A stretch of 64,000 bases of DNA from NCBI RefSeq assembly GCF_000143415.4, contig NW_003314261.1, positions 1,998,117 to 2,062,116 of the forward strand, in the 5' to 3' direction. The notes beneath the pieces were generated by a model that worked only from the letters and a program-made list of their open reading frames with translations, did no database searches and had not been told where the DNA came from. This document shows, in pieces, positions 37,033 to 49,444 of the stretch (positions are counted from its first letter, which is position 1; each line of letters starts with the position of its first letter). The DNA is from Selaginella moellendorffii. Lineage: Eukaryota; Plantae; Lycopodiophyta. Made by a program: the position numbers and the translations under genes.

Positions 37033-38094
37033 ATACTCGACAAATGGTGGGTGTCTCCAGCGTGATATACCTTAAACATCACCATTGAATCATTCGCTTT
37101 CATTGCAGCTCCGGACACCATCAATATCACGGTCGCAGTTTTGTGGACGTGGCCTGAGACTTCGATTTGCGTGTCAAAAAGAGTGGTATGTATATTGCAA
37201 GTTGTCTCCAGGGAGGATACTCGAAATGTATTTTTTTGGAAACTGACTCGGTCAAGCATTTCTGCGTTGCATGATTGGGGCGTGGTGTGTCTCAGCCTTT
37301 TGTTGTCAAATCCTGGCTTTTTCAGAGGGCTCTGCATGTGATGACCTGAGTAGAAATGCGATTCTGTGCGGCTGGGTGTTTCTTGCTGGTCAAGGTCGTG
37401 TTTGAAAGGTTAATGCAGGAGCTACGCTTTGCGATCATGTTAATCACCTCCCTTGGAATCACGATGGGAACTTGAGAAGAAGTTGCTTCTCACTAATCCA
37501 GTAGAAACTTCGTGGGTCTGAAGTTCACGGAAGACTGGTCGACTTTCTTCCGTTAGTCAAGCCAGGTAATGTGAGAAACGTCCTTTTTTGTTTCACTCTT
37601 CTTTTCTTTTTTTCTGCTGCTGCTACCTTATCTCCTCGACTGCTATCTTGTGCAGCACCAGCACGCCGTCTAAGTGGACAAAGAGCTGTTTCATACAACA
37701 CTGACGCAGAGCTATATCGGAGCTAGATCGGTTAAAGTGCGTGAAGGCGACTGGCTTCCAGAGGACCAAATGCTTTGCACCATTCGTTTGCTGGTGTTGC
37801 TGATCCAGCCAGTCTCCAGGTACTTAGTTTTGCGCGCTGCTTCTCGCCGTGGCCTTTGAACAGGTGAAGAGACGAAGAAAATTCCACGCTCGGCTCTCTC
37901 AGGTACTTCACGCTTTTGTGCCATGACAGGATAGAACTAATCCAGCGTGTCTTCGTTCTTCTTCTTCTTTTCCACTTCGCAGAGAACGAACGAAACTCTT
38001 GCCTGCCAACGAGAGAAGATTGGAAGCTTCTTTCCAGCGGCCATGCACGCAGTGTGGTGCATCAACCAGCGTAGAAACTTTGACAAAGGAGGAT

Positions 38095-38180
38095 ATGAGG
38101 GACACGTGTCGGCACCACGTGTCCCATGGAATTGTGCGTGCCGGCCTCCCTCAAATGATTGGCGGCCACGTGGGCCCCAC
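38095..38180. promoter_or_regulatory. Cluster of three G-box/ABRE (CACGTG) motifs with CCAAT and site-II-like elements
   Basis: gacacgtgtc (38101), ccacgtgtc (38115), attgg, gccacgtgggcc (38165). Confidence 0.55.
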
Positions 38181-38229
38181 AAACGCCGTTGATTCTCCGT
38201 ACACAGCTTCTCTCCCCTTCGGGTACGCG

Positions 38230-38270
<41 letters not shown>
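38230..38270 (+). repeat. (CT)n microsatellite
   Basis: About 20 CT units. Confidence 0.95.
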
Positions 38271-38275
<5 letters not shown>

Positions 38276-41200
38276 TCTATCTCTTTCGGCAACGTAGGCA
38301 GTGACTGCATTGCATGGCTTCCATAAATTTTCCTTTCTTTTTACTTCTTTGTTTTTTTGTTTCATTCATCATTCCTTATCTTCTTTTTGTTCTTTCTTAG
38401 AAGAGTTTCTAGAGTTTATTCCCTTCTTTTCTCATTTCTCATTCCTTATCTTCTTTTTGTTTTTTTTAGACGATTTTTCCCTATTCGTTGATGCTTTTCT
38501 CATTCCTTTTTTCTTCTATTTTGTTTTTTTTTGCAGAGTTTCTAGAGACGTGTAGTGAAAGAAACATTTTTGGTTACTTGATCTCGATCCCTGACTGCGA
38601 TATGTGTTGCGTAATAATTCCACCGGCTGGACTGTAAGCATCCATCGGGCGCAGGCGGCTGTCGACTTCATTTAAGATGTCGAGCGGTGCGTTGTTGCTT
38701 TCGCTCTACCTGGACCACTGCGGGGTATCAAAGTTTGTTACTGTCTTCCTTTGCTCTCGGGGCCGAGCGAGTCCCGTACAGGTCGATTTTGCTGACCACT
38801 TTGTTTCCGTTCGGATTAGACACCTGTGCCGTTTGGACGTGGGATGTGTTTCAGTGGAAAACTGCGAACTCAGGTATTTGTTTCCGTTTTTACGCGAGAG
38901 TTTTTTATTTTCCATGTCTTTTCTTTTTCAACTTTCATGCCATGTTCATGGCATACGGTATCGAGCTCACAGAGATGCCGTTATCCCAAAGCTTTTGTGG
39001 ACAGCTTTTCTCTACACCTCACTTTCAACGCTTTGCTTCCAGCATTAGAGTATTGCATCTGGCTCATTCTACAGGCTGCTGGAAGTTCATCGAACTCCAA
39101 TCCAATCATACGTGCCAGTAGAGGCTTTTTTTGCAAGCTTTCCCTTTGCATGCATGTCTGTAAGCATTTAGATATCCAGGATCTAGATGCTCTAAGCTTC
39201 GCTGTCCTATGCAGAAACCTTGTTTGTATGCGGGTTTGCGAGACTTCGAAGTCACATTTCCATCGCCCCACATGAAAGGTGTCCGTCTTTGAAGATCTTT
39301 GCTACGTTCATGTTGTGCTCGCCAAGCAATGATCTTTACACACAGAGACGAAATCTCACTTGTGTTATGTTGTAGCTCATGCTGATGCGAACCAGTCGAC
39401 AGATGCGAGGACGAGTTCCCTACATGATTCAGAGGGGACCCTCGCCGGGTGGTAGACTTCCTCGGTACGTATCTCTTTTAATCTTCTCTTGTGTCAGTAA
39501 CTTCTCGTGGATTGTTTTCTTAGAGCTATAGAAAAACCAAGGCGAGACAGCAGCCGATGAGCGGCAGAGTTGACAAACAACTCGCACAGCTAGCAAACGA
39601 GTGGCCATTCTTCTGCCAAAATTCCAGAGAGCCAATGATTAATATCAACCCCATGGAAAAACTAGAGGTAATGTTCTCCATGAAGCAACTCCATTATTTT
39701 TTTGTTTTCTTGGCAGGGAGAGAGAATGCAAAGGCGTGGAAGGTAGAGTGGATAAAACCGCGGTACCTGTAATGTATTTTAATCTGCACGAGGTAGAGCA
39801 CTCCCGAGCAATGAATGCACCCGATCTTTGTCCCCTCCTTTCCTTCCACGAGCTTTGGAGTTGCACTGATTTATCTATCCATCCTTTTTCTCGCAGACAG
39901 CAGTGTGCGCGAGGGGTGCGATCCGATTCGATTGTGGGATGGAAGTTGGAGTAGCGGGATACCATTCTTTGTGACGGCGATCGCATAAACAAAACGCGAA
40001 AATCGTAAGTTCTTTCGTGGTTTTTCTGTATTTAAAAAGGTGGAGCTGTTGCTTGCTTCTCACACAACACAGGGCTCCGAGATGAGAGGCGGGTCCGGAT
40101 GAGGGGCCGGGACGTTGTCCTCTTCAAACTCCCCCTACATTCCTGGCCGAGAAGCAGGGCATCGTTCGTTTTCGTTTTGTGACAACTTGTTCCTTGTTCC
40201 TTGCCGCGGCCCGGAAGAATAAACAAAGGCGGTGAGTGTGTGGATATATCGATATCGGACGAAACAACCAAAGAAAAGAATGAAAAGGTGACGGGGGGTA
40301 TGCGTGGAAAAGAACGTTAAGAAATTCCAAGCTCCCATGCATGTTGTTTGTCTCTGGTTTTTAGGAGCTGGAGCAACAGTCGGATAACAAAACGCCCCAA
40401 TCGCCTTGTTTATAGAAAGACAAGCCTGAAAGAGAAGCCTGAAAGAGCTTGAATTGGAATTGGCCAGACAAATCCTTCTTTATCTTTGTTTTTCCCAAGC
40501 TTTTAATCTACAAAAGCAAATGGTGCTGGTTGGCCAGGGTGCGAAGAAGAAGAAGGCGAGTAGTGTATTGACTTGTGGCAATGCAAACAGTGGAGTTTTG
40601 GAGCACAAAAGCGGAGATGTAGCAGTAGGTCTTGTTGGATCAAACGAGGGACACGAGCCCAACCGCGACCAGACACTCTAAAACTCCTGGGAAGAACGCT
40701 TTGAAAGTGGGCCATCCCATGCCATGGCCCCATGCATGAGCATCGCCGCCGGGCAATGGTCCCATGCATGTATGCGGTCATCACATCATCAGCATCATGA
40801 CCATCATCATCTTTTTACGCATCCATTTGGAGTGACAACAATGAATTACTCTTTCCCAGACAATTGGAATGAACAATCACCAAGCACTGCTCCCAATTTC
40901 TTTCTAGTTTTAGTTAATGCCATTAACACAGAATTAAAATTATTGACAAGCAGATCAAGATAGCCAGCACGACATAATAATACTAAAATAACTCGAATTT
41001 TTTTAGCAACGTACGGCAGGGGGTGAACTGTGCGTACGAAAGTGTGAACGAGGCCACATTTCCGCGCCGTAAGGCCTGTTGACGACGATGCGGCCACGTG
41101 TTTCCATCCAGCGGCGGGCGGAATGGGCTTGCGCGTGCCTTGACATGCTTCTCGTTCCTCTCACTTTCTTATATTTAACACTTCTCCATCCATTTGAGCT

Positions 41201-41565
41201 TTGGTCGTGCATTCATTCTTTCACTCGTCATAGAGAGGTGGGAGTGAGCGGAGAGAGGCACTCGATCTTTGATTCCAATCCATATTTCAAGGCAAAAAGA
41301 AAGGAAAAGGCGAGAGATTTTCCTTGGCAATTTCCGGTTGCAAATTTCATAGCTGTGATCATGGCTTCTTCATTCATAGGTGTGAGCTTGGTATCATCTT
41401 AGGCGCATCAAATTGGTGTGAGAGCCTCCATATACTGTGTAGTTTGTAGAGAGTCTCTATAGAATTGATAGATCTCTCCTCTCACCCCTCTTCAACTCTA
41501 CACACTCTCTCTCTCTCTCTCTTTCGCTTGGAAGATCGTCGTTTTCTTGTGGATCAAGCTAAGCT

Positions 41566-43549
41566 ATGGAGGGAGGCGGTGTTAATTCCAGTAGCTCCTC
41601 CCGGAGGAACGAGCCTTTGCTTCCTCCAGGCTTTCGATTCCACCCCACGGACGAGGAGCTCATCGACTGCTACTTGATCAAGAAGGTGGAGAATAACAAG
41701 TTTAGCGTTCGTGCCATCCAAGACGTGGATCTAAACAAGAACGAACCATGGGAGCTGCCAGGTAAGAACACCTCCAAGCTCTCCATTGATTCGCATTTGA
41801 TTCATTCTTCTTGGGAAGAAGTGGGAGTTCGTTCCTCTTTTCATGTTTCTTTCTCGAGTTTTCGTGCCGTGTTGGAAAATTGGAGCGACGCGCTTCCCGT
41901 GATAGAGGGTCTTGGAATTTCTCCTGTTCTTGCGATTCTATGCATCGTTTCTCATAATCTTGGCTAGATGCTATCTATTTCTTGGAGTCCGTGAGCACTA
42001 CTAACACTTTCGTTTTTGGCTCTTGCTCCACACAGACAAGGCCAAGATGGGAGAGAAGGAATGGTACTTCTTCACGCTGCGAGACCGAAAGTATCCTACG
42101 GGAATGCGCACAAACCGAGCCACCGAGGCCGGATACTGGAAAGCCACTGGCAAAGACCGCGATATCACACGAACTTCCGCCAATTCCACCACCAATTCCT
42201 CGTCAAACACACTCGTTGGCGCCAAGAAAACGCTCGTCTTCTACCGAGGGAGAGCTCCCAAGGGCGTCAAGACCAACTGGATCATGCACGAGTACAGGCT
42301 CGAGGGCGAGGCGGCCTTCCTTCACAACTCAAGAACATCCAAGGTGATCACTTTGCTCACTCAAATCCTTCTTTTTCTCTTCCATAGATTGCAGTGCTTG
42401 CGGTGGCTAGATTTCTTGTGCTCAGGGCATAGATTTCCATCTCCTGGATTTTCTTCTCCCTTTTCCTACTGCAGCGAGAGGAGGAATGTTTTACTTTTTG
42501 TGTGGGATCGTCTTTTTGTTTTTTTGGCCGCTCTCTTTCTTGTTGTTGCTCCATCCAGTAGCGCAGCACTCGACTCTCTCTTTTTGTAGGCCCTGATGAT
42601 GGGAGTCATGGACAGACACACATAGAGACAGCACACGGGGCGACAAAACAAGGCCTTTAAAGGGAAAAACTAAGAACATCACTCCAGGAGGAGAGAGAGG
42701 GGATAATTAATTCTCTCTCCCTCTCTCTCTCCCTCCACACTCAATCGTGGATCCAATTCGTGCTCTCGATTTGATTGCTTGTCTGATTTGTGGCATGATT
42801 TCCAAGAAGCATTCTTTCCATTCGATCGATCGGGAGACTGACCGTCCGAAGTTAAATTTTTTTCCTTGCAGGACTCGGAGTGGGTCGTGTGCCGGATCTT
42901 CCAGAAGAGCCCCGGAGGAAAGAAAGGCTTGATCTCGTACAAGGAGTCTCGCATCGCCCCCACCACCGCCACCACCTCCACCACCAGCAAATCCAACCTC
43001 GGACTGTGCGAGCACTCGGACGAGCACTCGTCACTCCCGCCCCTGCTCGAGTCCCCACATCTCGACTCCTCGTGCATGCCCGCGCTCGACGCCGCCGACT
43101 CTTCCACCCAAGCCTTCCAAGTTCTCGGCAAGAGCATGGTCGATTTCGCGAGGTTCCCGTTGCCTTCCTCTTTCGACCACCACACCGGCTTTGGCTTCTT
43201 CGACGAGGGAGTGATGAAGCAGGCCAAGATGGAGCCCCTCACTTGCTCGCTTCTCGGCCTGGAACAACAAAACCACCACCAACACCAACAGTTAGAACAG
43301 CAAAATCATCGCCATCACTACAACAGCATTGCTAGCTTCAACCTTCACGACGAGCATACCTCTTCCTCCAACCCCTCGTCGACTCTACGACGGGAAAACT
43401 CTTGGATGAACGATGCCACCGCTCCTTACAGCTTCGATCACTCCACCGTTGCCACTCCCAACGCATCACTCTACCGTGCTGCGGCCGCTGCCGCCGCCGC
43501 CGCCGCTGGCTCCTCGGCAGTCGATCTCGAGTCGCTCTGGACGTATTGA
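41566..43549 (+). CDS. NAC transcription factor, NAM/CUC-like clade (exons 41566-41761, 42036-42343, 42872-43549)
   Basis: [26 protein letters not shown]|[52 protein letters not shown] motif LPPLLES, terminal LESLWTY. Confidence 0.93.
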
Positions 43550-44739
43550 TCTTGGTTTCGTCGCTTTCTTCCTGCAAAGAAGTGGTACACCATTCGAAAG
43601 TAAATACTGTTCGTTTCTAGCAAGTAATGTAGTGTCTGATCTGATATGAACCTTGTGTATATGCTGGTGAAGAGAGTCTCTTCTCGTCTCCGCTCGTTGT
43701 AAATATGAAGCAGCGTGTATAGAGAGGACAACGTTTGGTTGTCACTTCCGTACCAAGAGCCACCTCACATTCGGGGCTGGAACTTAGAAGTTTTGGTTCC
43801 TTTCGGTTCCTCCTCTTCCGTGCATTCGCAAAACTTGCAATCTCTGCGGCGCTTGACGCTCCCCAGATTGAAAGCTCGCTTCTCCAATCCAGCAAAAGCC
43901 AGCAAAAGTCTCTACCAGCTGGCTAGCTACGTATGGCTCTCAAGAACATGTTCTCGTTTCTCCGGATATCATGTACCCGTCTGAATCAAAACTGCAATAT
44001 AAAAAGGGAAAGGAGGCGCTTTAGTGAGCTCATCACGGAGTGTTGAAGTTTCAAACCCGCAAGTAGTGTTCCCTCGCCATTGTCTATGTGCAGCGAAGCA
44101 CCTTCCCTTACGGATTAAAATAATACCAGTCATCCTCCCGCAGGCGCTTAAGACTAAGACGTTACGGAACAGCTCCCCTTGTAAAATGAAGTGCCCACCG
44201 AACTTTGTCGTTTGTCTGTGCTGGAGATTATCTTGTGTCACAGCTGATCATCACCGCATCATCTGTAAACTCCCACGTTTTCCAAGGATCAAATCGCAAA
44301 GATAATCAATCATATTCACCAATACCTCCTGCTTATCTGAGAGACCCGTGCTCGCAACTTGTGCAGAGACAACCACCGTTCTTTACTCGCCAAGGAGATG
44401 AATGATGCACACAGGAACTGAAAAAATCCATCCACAAGTCAAGGCGAGATGAGAGAGATGGTGATGGTTCGATCAACGAGTGAAAAGTACCTTGTATATT
44501 CAGGCCCGAATAGTCTGTTCCTGTACCCGGCGAGTTCTAGATAGAAGGTGGTCAATCACCATCAATCGAATACGAGAAGTACCTGAAGAAGAGCCAAGGT
44601 TGCACAAGTAAAAATCATCCACTGTCGCACTCTAAACTCCCTCTCGATGTTTCCACTCGTGTTAAGCTCAAAACTGTGCAAGCGCCTGTGATTAAATATG
44701 ATACATACACGCACCTGTGAGTGTGAATAAAAGTGTATG

Positions 44740-47288
44740 TCATGATACAACCGAAGCATCTCTAAAGCTCGAGAGAATCTTGCTTCTCAGGATCTTTGCC
44801 ATTTCCACCACGTTCATGGAGGACGGTTTTCTACCAGACTTTGAAACGCAGGATTGTGAGCCGAGGGCGACTAGCCTGTTGGTCACACTCAAGCTCCGGT
44901 TTGCCGCTTCGGGAGTTTTTGTTAAAAGTGAAGTCGCTGTTGCTGCATGAGAGCCGAGCTGAAAAAGCAGAGCCACTGCTTCCGGCAGCAAAGGTGACCT
45001 GCGCAGTATGGTTCCATGGAATGGTTGTGAATGACTGATTAAAACATAAACACCATTGGAGTACCTGTCGCTGGTGTTGGAACCATTTTTCTTCATTTCC
45101 TCGTATCTAAGCTCCAAGTCTAGAAAGGAAATAAGATCTCTCGCCACGTTTGAAACAGCACCGTCTTCTTGAACCAGAGCCAGAACACGTTCTTGTTTAG
45201 CTGACATGAGATACGCTATCGAGAGCAGGGTGGACTTCCGCAGCCAATAGTCCTGGCAAGTATCTAAGGTTTAGAGAAATGCGGCACGTTGATAACTCTC
45301 ACCTGAACGGGATCTTCATCTTGTGTTAGGCATGCACACAAGTCCTTGAAAATGCTTGCAAGTTGCCCTGCAGGACTACAAATGATTTCCAAAATCCTAG
45401 GACCTGCAATGCAGAGTGTAAGTTGAGATACAATGACTAGCGATGCAAACGACAGACCTTACAATTGATAAGAAGATGTACAATTCGCACAGCCTGAAGT
45501 TGCACAGCTGAAGAAACAGCAACGCTTTTCTTAAGCAACAAAATTATTCCGGCTTCAAGGAGGACAGTTCCAACCCTGTTGAACGAACAATACAGAAGTA
45601 AAGAAAAAACAGTATCAAGGTGCTTTCGTACCGTAATCTTTCATGCGTAGGATTTGTATGGATGACAAATGAGGCAACAAGCAACAGTGCTTCCTGCTTC
45701 ACTCCTGTATCAGCATGGCTTTGGGCTAGTTGCAGCGTCGAATTTAAAAATCGAAGCGCTGTCCCTTCATCCGTCGGAATTCCTCTTCTCACGTCTTCAT
45801 TTGAGCTCGCCGAAGTTTTCAGATTGCTCGTAACTCTCGGAGAGGAGAAAACGTGACCACAGATATCATCTTTATGCCACCCATTGCCTTCCGTTTGACA
45901 GCTTTCTGAATAAGATTGCCTGAACAAACAGCTCAATACACATGATCCAAAGAGGAAATAGAAAGAGCACCTATAGAAAATACTCCATGTGTTCCCTACC
46001 AGACATTGAAATACACGCAAGGCACTTCGTACTATCAACGTCTGCCAAAAGAGAAGAAAACAAACAATAAAACCAAAGAATAGTGGACAACATACTCACA
46101 TTTTGTGAGCTTAAATAACTAGATAGCGGGGTAATTAACGTATGTGCGGAGCGGAGCCCCTGTATGACCTGTCCATCCAAGCGCGATGTAATGAATCACG
46201 AGAAGAAATGTTCAACTGACCTGCTTGAGCGCCTCACACAGGTTTCCGGCACAAGTTCCTGACGCTTGAACGCTTGCCTGTGACCTGAGCGGATGTTCCA
46301 TCTCTGTATCTTCAGACCGGAGAAGGGCATATAAGTCCCTCTCACACCATGTAAATATTCTTGTAAGAAGTTCGCTTCCAGCTTCTCTGGGTTTTATGCG
46401 CCATATGCTGTAGAGTTTTTGCACGACATCAGAGGAGTCTGCATAAGAAAACGGAATCGGTTCGCGATCTGCCTGCATCAGATTCACAGGTGAGGGTGAA
46501 TGAAAATCTTCGCAGACCTGAGAAGCATCAGCACCACTTTTCACGGTATCGCCAGCTGAAAGTGGAAGTTGAGAGTATAGAAAAGAAGCCGATGGCAAAC
46601 CATACCAGAACTGTCATCAATGTTTGTAACCCCTGGCTTTGATGAATCCACGGCCTTGGCCGTGAAAGATGCAACCTGACAAGCCAGGATTTCTCGCTTT
46701 CGTTTCTCCCCAACTGCAGCATCGGACCTGAAAGTTTCAGTAAGGAATGTTTCCATTTCAACAAATAAGTATAGAGCTTACTGCTTCTTGAGTGCACAGA
46801 TTTCTCGTTGCATGACGGCTATTGCCTCTTGCAAGTGCTCCTCCTTCTGTAAACTCTGACGTTTTTCTTCCAAAATCTCTTGATCCTACATTGCTCCAGT
46901 GTTTCTTAGGATCTTTTCTCGGCGAAATACTACCTTGAGCCGAAGCTCTGCCGAAAGACGCTCGATTTCTTGCTGCATATCCACAGGCCATCAAAATTTT
47001 CTTGAGAAAAAATTTCAAGTCCCTTCACCTGAGCAGCATCCAAGTTCTGGTTCGCATTTTGCAGCTGCGTAGGAAAGTAGCGAGCTTGGATCAAGAAGGT
47101 CATGGCAGAGAACTTACCTGTGGGCAGGACACTTCCATCCCTAAAGCGCCAACGTCCCATTCGTCGAGTTCTGACAAATGCGCGGCTGGTGCTGCTCGCT
47201 GCTGGCGCTGGCTCGCCTTCACTGCAGAGGCCTCCAGGCGATCGATCTCCAGCATCGTCGCCAAGTCCCACTCGTCGTCCTCGATCAT
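44740..47288 (-). CDS. SUV2: ATR-interacting protein (SENSITIVE TO UV 2 / ATRIP-like), many short exons
   Basis: Acidic N-terminus EDDEWD, coiled-coil exons (QEIERLSAELRLK|DQEILEEK), GVKQEALLLV...HERLR, LLKKS...VQLQAVRIVHLLINCP, C-terminal EAVALLFQL...SLSVTNRL. Confidence 0.75.
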
Positions 47289-47834
47289 CTCGAAAAACCT
47301 AAAACTACTCAGTTCTAGGGTTTTAACATTAAAGAAACCATCAACCAATGAAAATAGTTTAAAGGATTTGAGTATGTGCATTTAAAAATTGATGTGTAAC
47401 TAACATCTTGACTAGAATGTGTTTACAGATACGATCACAATATGCATACTAATACAAATCAACCACCAACGACTTTAACCAAAGATCGTTGGTCAGGTAG
47501 GCGAGCACAGGAGCGAGGAGCTGCGGTTTGACTAGGAGGGTAGAAGAGTGAGGAGAGTGGAACATGGAGAATAGACAGCGGAGAGTGGAGTGTGGAGCTT
47601 TAGAGCTTGGAGCAGGGGTTTGGAGTTGAGAGGTAGGAGAAAGATTACCTTGCATGGAGCATGGTGCAAGGTGGGGCATGGAGCGGCTAGATCAGCAAAG
47701 GTGACTAACTTACATTTTTTTGGATTGGCGCTGAGTTGATTGATATTTTCGTAGTTCAAATGCACCGCATAAGTTGTTGACTAAATAAGGGTATATCCTG
47801 ATAATGCAGAATCCGAAGAGGGCAAGTAGACCAA

Positions 47835-49444
47835 ATGATGATAGTAGTGTTCTTTCTCGTCTCCACAGCGCTCCTCATCCTCACCAGATCTCTTCTTCAA
47901 TTCCTCCGGAACAGCAGCAGCAAGGGGCGCGTCCCTCCTGGGAGTCTGGGAGTCCCTGTGATTGGCGACTCTCTGAATTTTGTGAAAGCGCTCAAGCGCA
48001 ATGATCCGTGGCGCTTTTACGGCGAGAAGCGGGCCAAGTACGGCCCGGTTTTCAAGATGTCGCTGCTCGGCTCCCCTGTTGTCATCCTGCCCGCCCCAGC
48101 AGGCCACAAATTACTGTTCGGCAGCGAGGAGAAACTGGTAGTCAATAGCTGGCCTGTGGGATTCAAACGCCTTCTGGGTCCTGGTTCCCTCACTAGCCTG
48201 ACGGGTGAGGATTTCAAGCGGATGAAGAAGGTGTTCATGTCGTTCCTCAAGCCGGAAGCTCTACAGAGGTATGTTCCGAGGGTGAGCCAGTTGAGCTTGA
48301 AGCACTTGGAAGATCATTGGGAAGCTTACGCTGGTGAAGAATTTGCGATCTATCCTGCTGTCAAGAGCTTCATATTCTCTCTGGCCTGTAGCTCGTTCAT
48401 GAGTCTGGAGACGGAGGAGGAGCAGCTTGAGCTAGAGGAGCCGTTTGCGATCTGGACCAAAGGACTACTCCAGCTGCCTCTGAACATTCCAGGGACTTTG
48501 TTTCACAAGGCTCTGAAAAGGCGAGAGGTTATCCATGACCTTCTGGGCCGGTTGATTTCTAAGAGGAGGCAGGAGCTCCTGCAAGGCAGGGCATCTGAAA
48601 CCAGTGATATGCTCTCGGTGATGTTGTCTTACCGCAATGAAGATGGAAAGCCCGCTTGCACCGATGCTGAGATCAAAGACAATCTGCTGCTGCTCCTCTT
48701 CGCTGCACATGACACCAGCTCTTCAACTCTCACCCTGTCATTGAAGTTCCTGGCTGAGAATCCCTACTGGAGGAACCAGGTTCTTCAAGGTAAGCAGCCG
48801 AACTTGATCTTATAGAAGCTGCGGATCATCCTCATGATCAATGATATTCTTGCGGTGGACTCTCTGATGGCTTTTAATACTGAATGCTGCACTCGTGCAG
48901 AAAATCTGGCAATCTCGCAGGAGAAGAGTGGTCAGGACGGCTACAGCCTGGAATGGGATGATCTTCGAGGAATGAAGGTGAGCTGGAGAGTCTTGCAAGA
49001 GACTTTGAGGTTGCAACCTCCAGCACCAAGTGGATATAGAAAGGTTATCCAAGACTTCGAGTTTGGCGATTATCTGATCCCCAAAGGCTGGAAGGTACGG
49101 GCTATATCCCGTCTTGATCTATTTCAGCTTCATCGGTTGTTCTATTATAGGCCTGCTGGACGGTGGTGTCTCACAAGTTGCCTGAGTTCTTCCCGGATCC
49201 AGAAAAATTCGATCCAAGCCACTTCGAGGGCGACAGCCCAGCTCCATACACATACGTTCCATTCGGAGGGGGTCCTCGCATGTGTCCGGGCAACGAATAT
49301 GCCAAGATGGTGATGTTGGTGCTGCTGCATCATCTGGTTCTGAGGTTCGACTGGCAGCTGGCCGATCCTGACGAAGGGGTTACAATGGATCCCATGCCAA
49401 TGCCACAAAATGGACTGAATGTCAAACTTCACAAGCGAACCTGA
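47835..49444 (+). CDS. Cytochrome P450, CYP85 clan, CYP716-like, 480 aa (exons 47835-48789, 48901-49094, 49151-49444)
   Basis: [65 protein letters not shown]. Confidence 0.92.

Noticed and set aside
40005-40040. S1-bZIP-like conserved uORF (SFVVFLY)
   Set aside because: Only a short resemblance, with no downstream bZIP and the rest of the motif missing.
37033-41500. Conserved miRNA precursors or snoRNAs
   Set aside because: I saw no match by eye to miR156/159/160/166/171/408 and no convincing C/D box pair. A computational scan is still needed.
43700-44700. Extra gene between the NAC and SUV2-like genes
   Set aside because: Only short ORFs without motifs. More likely 3' UTRs of the convergent genes.
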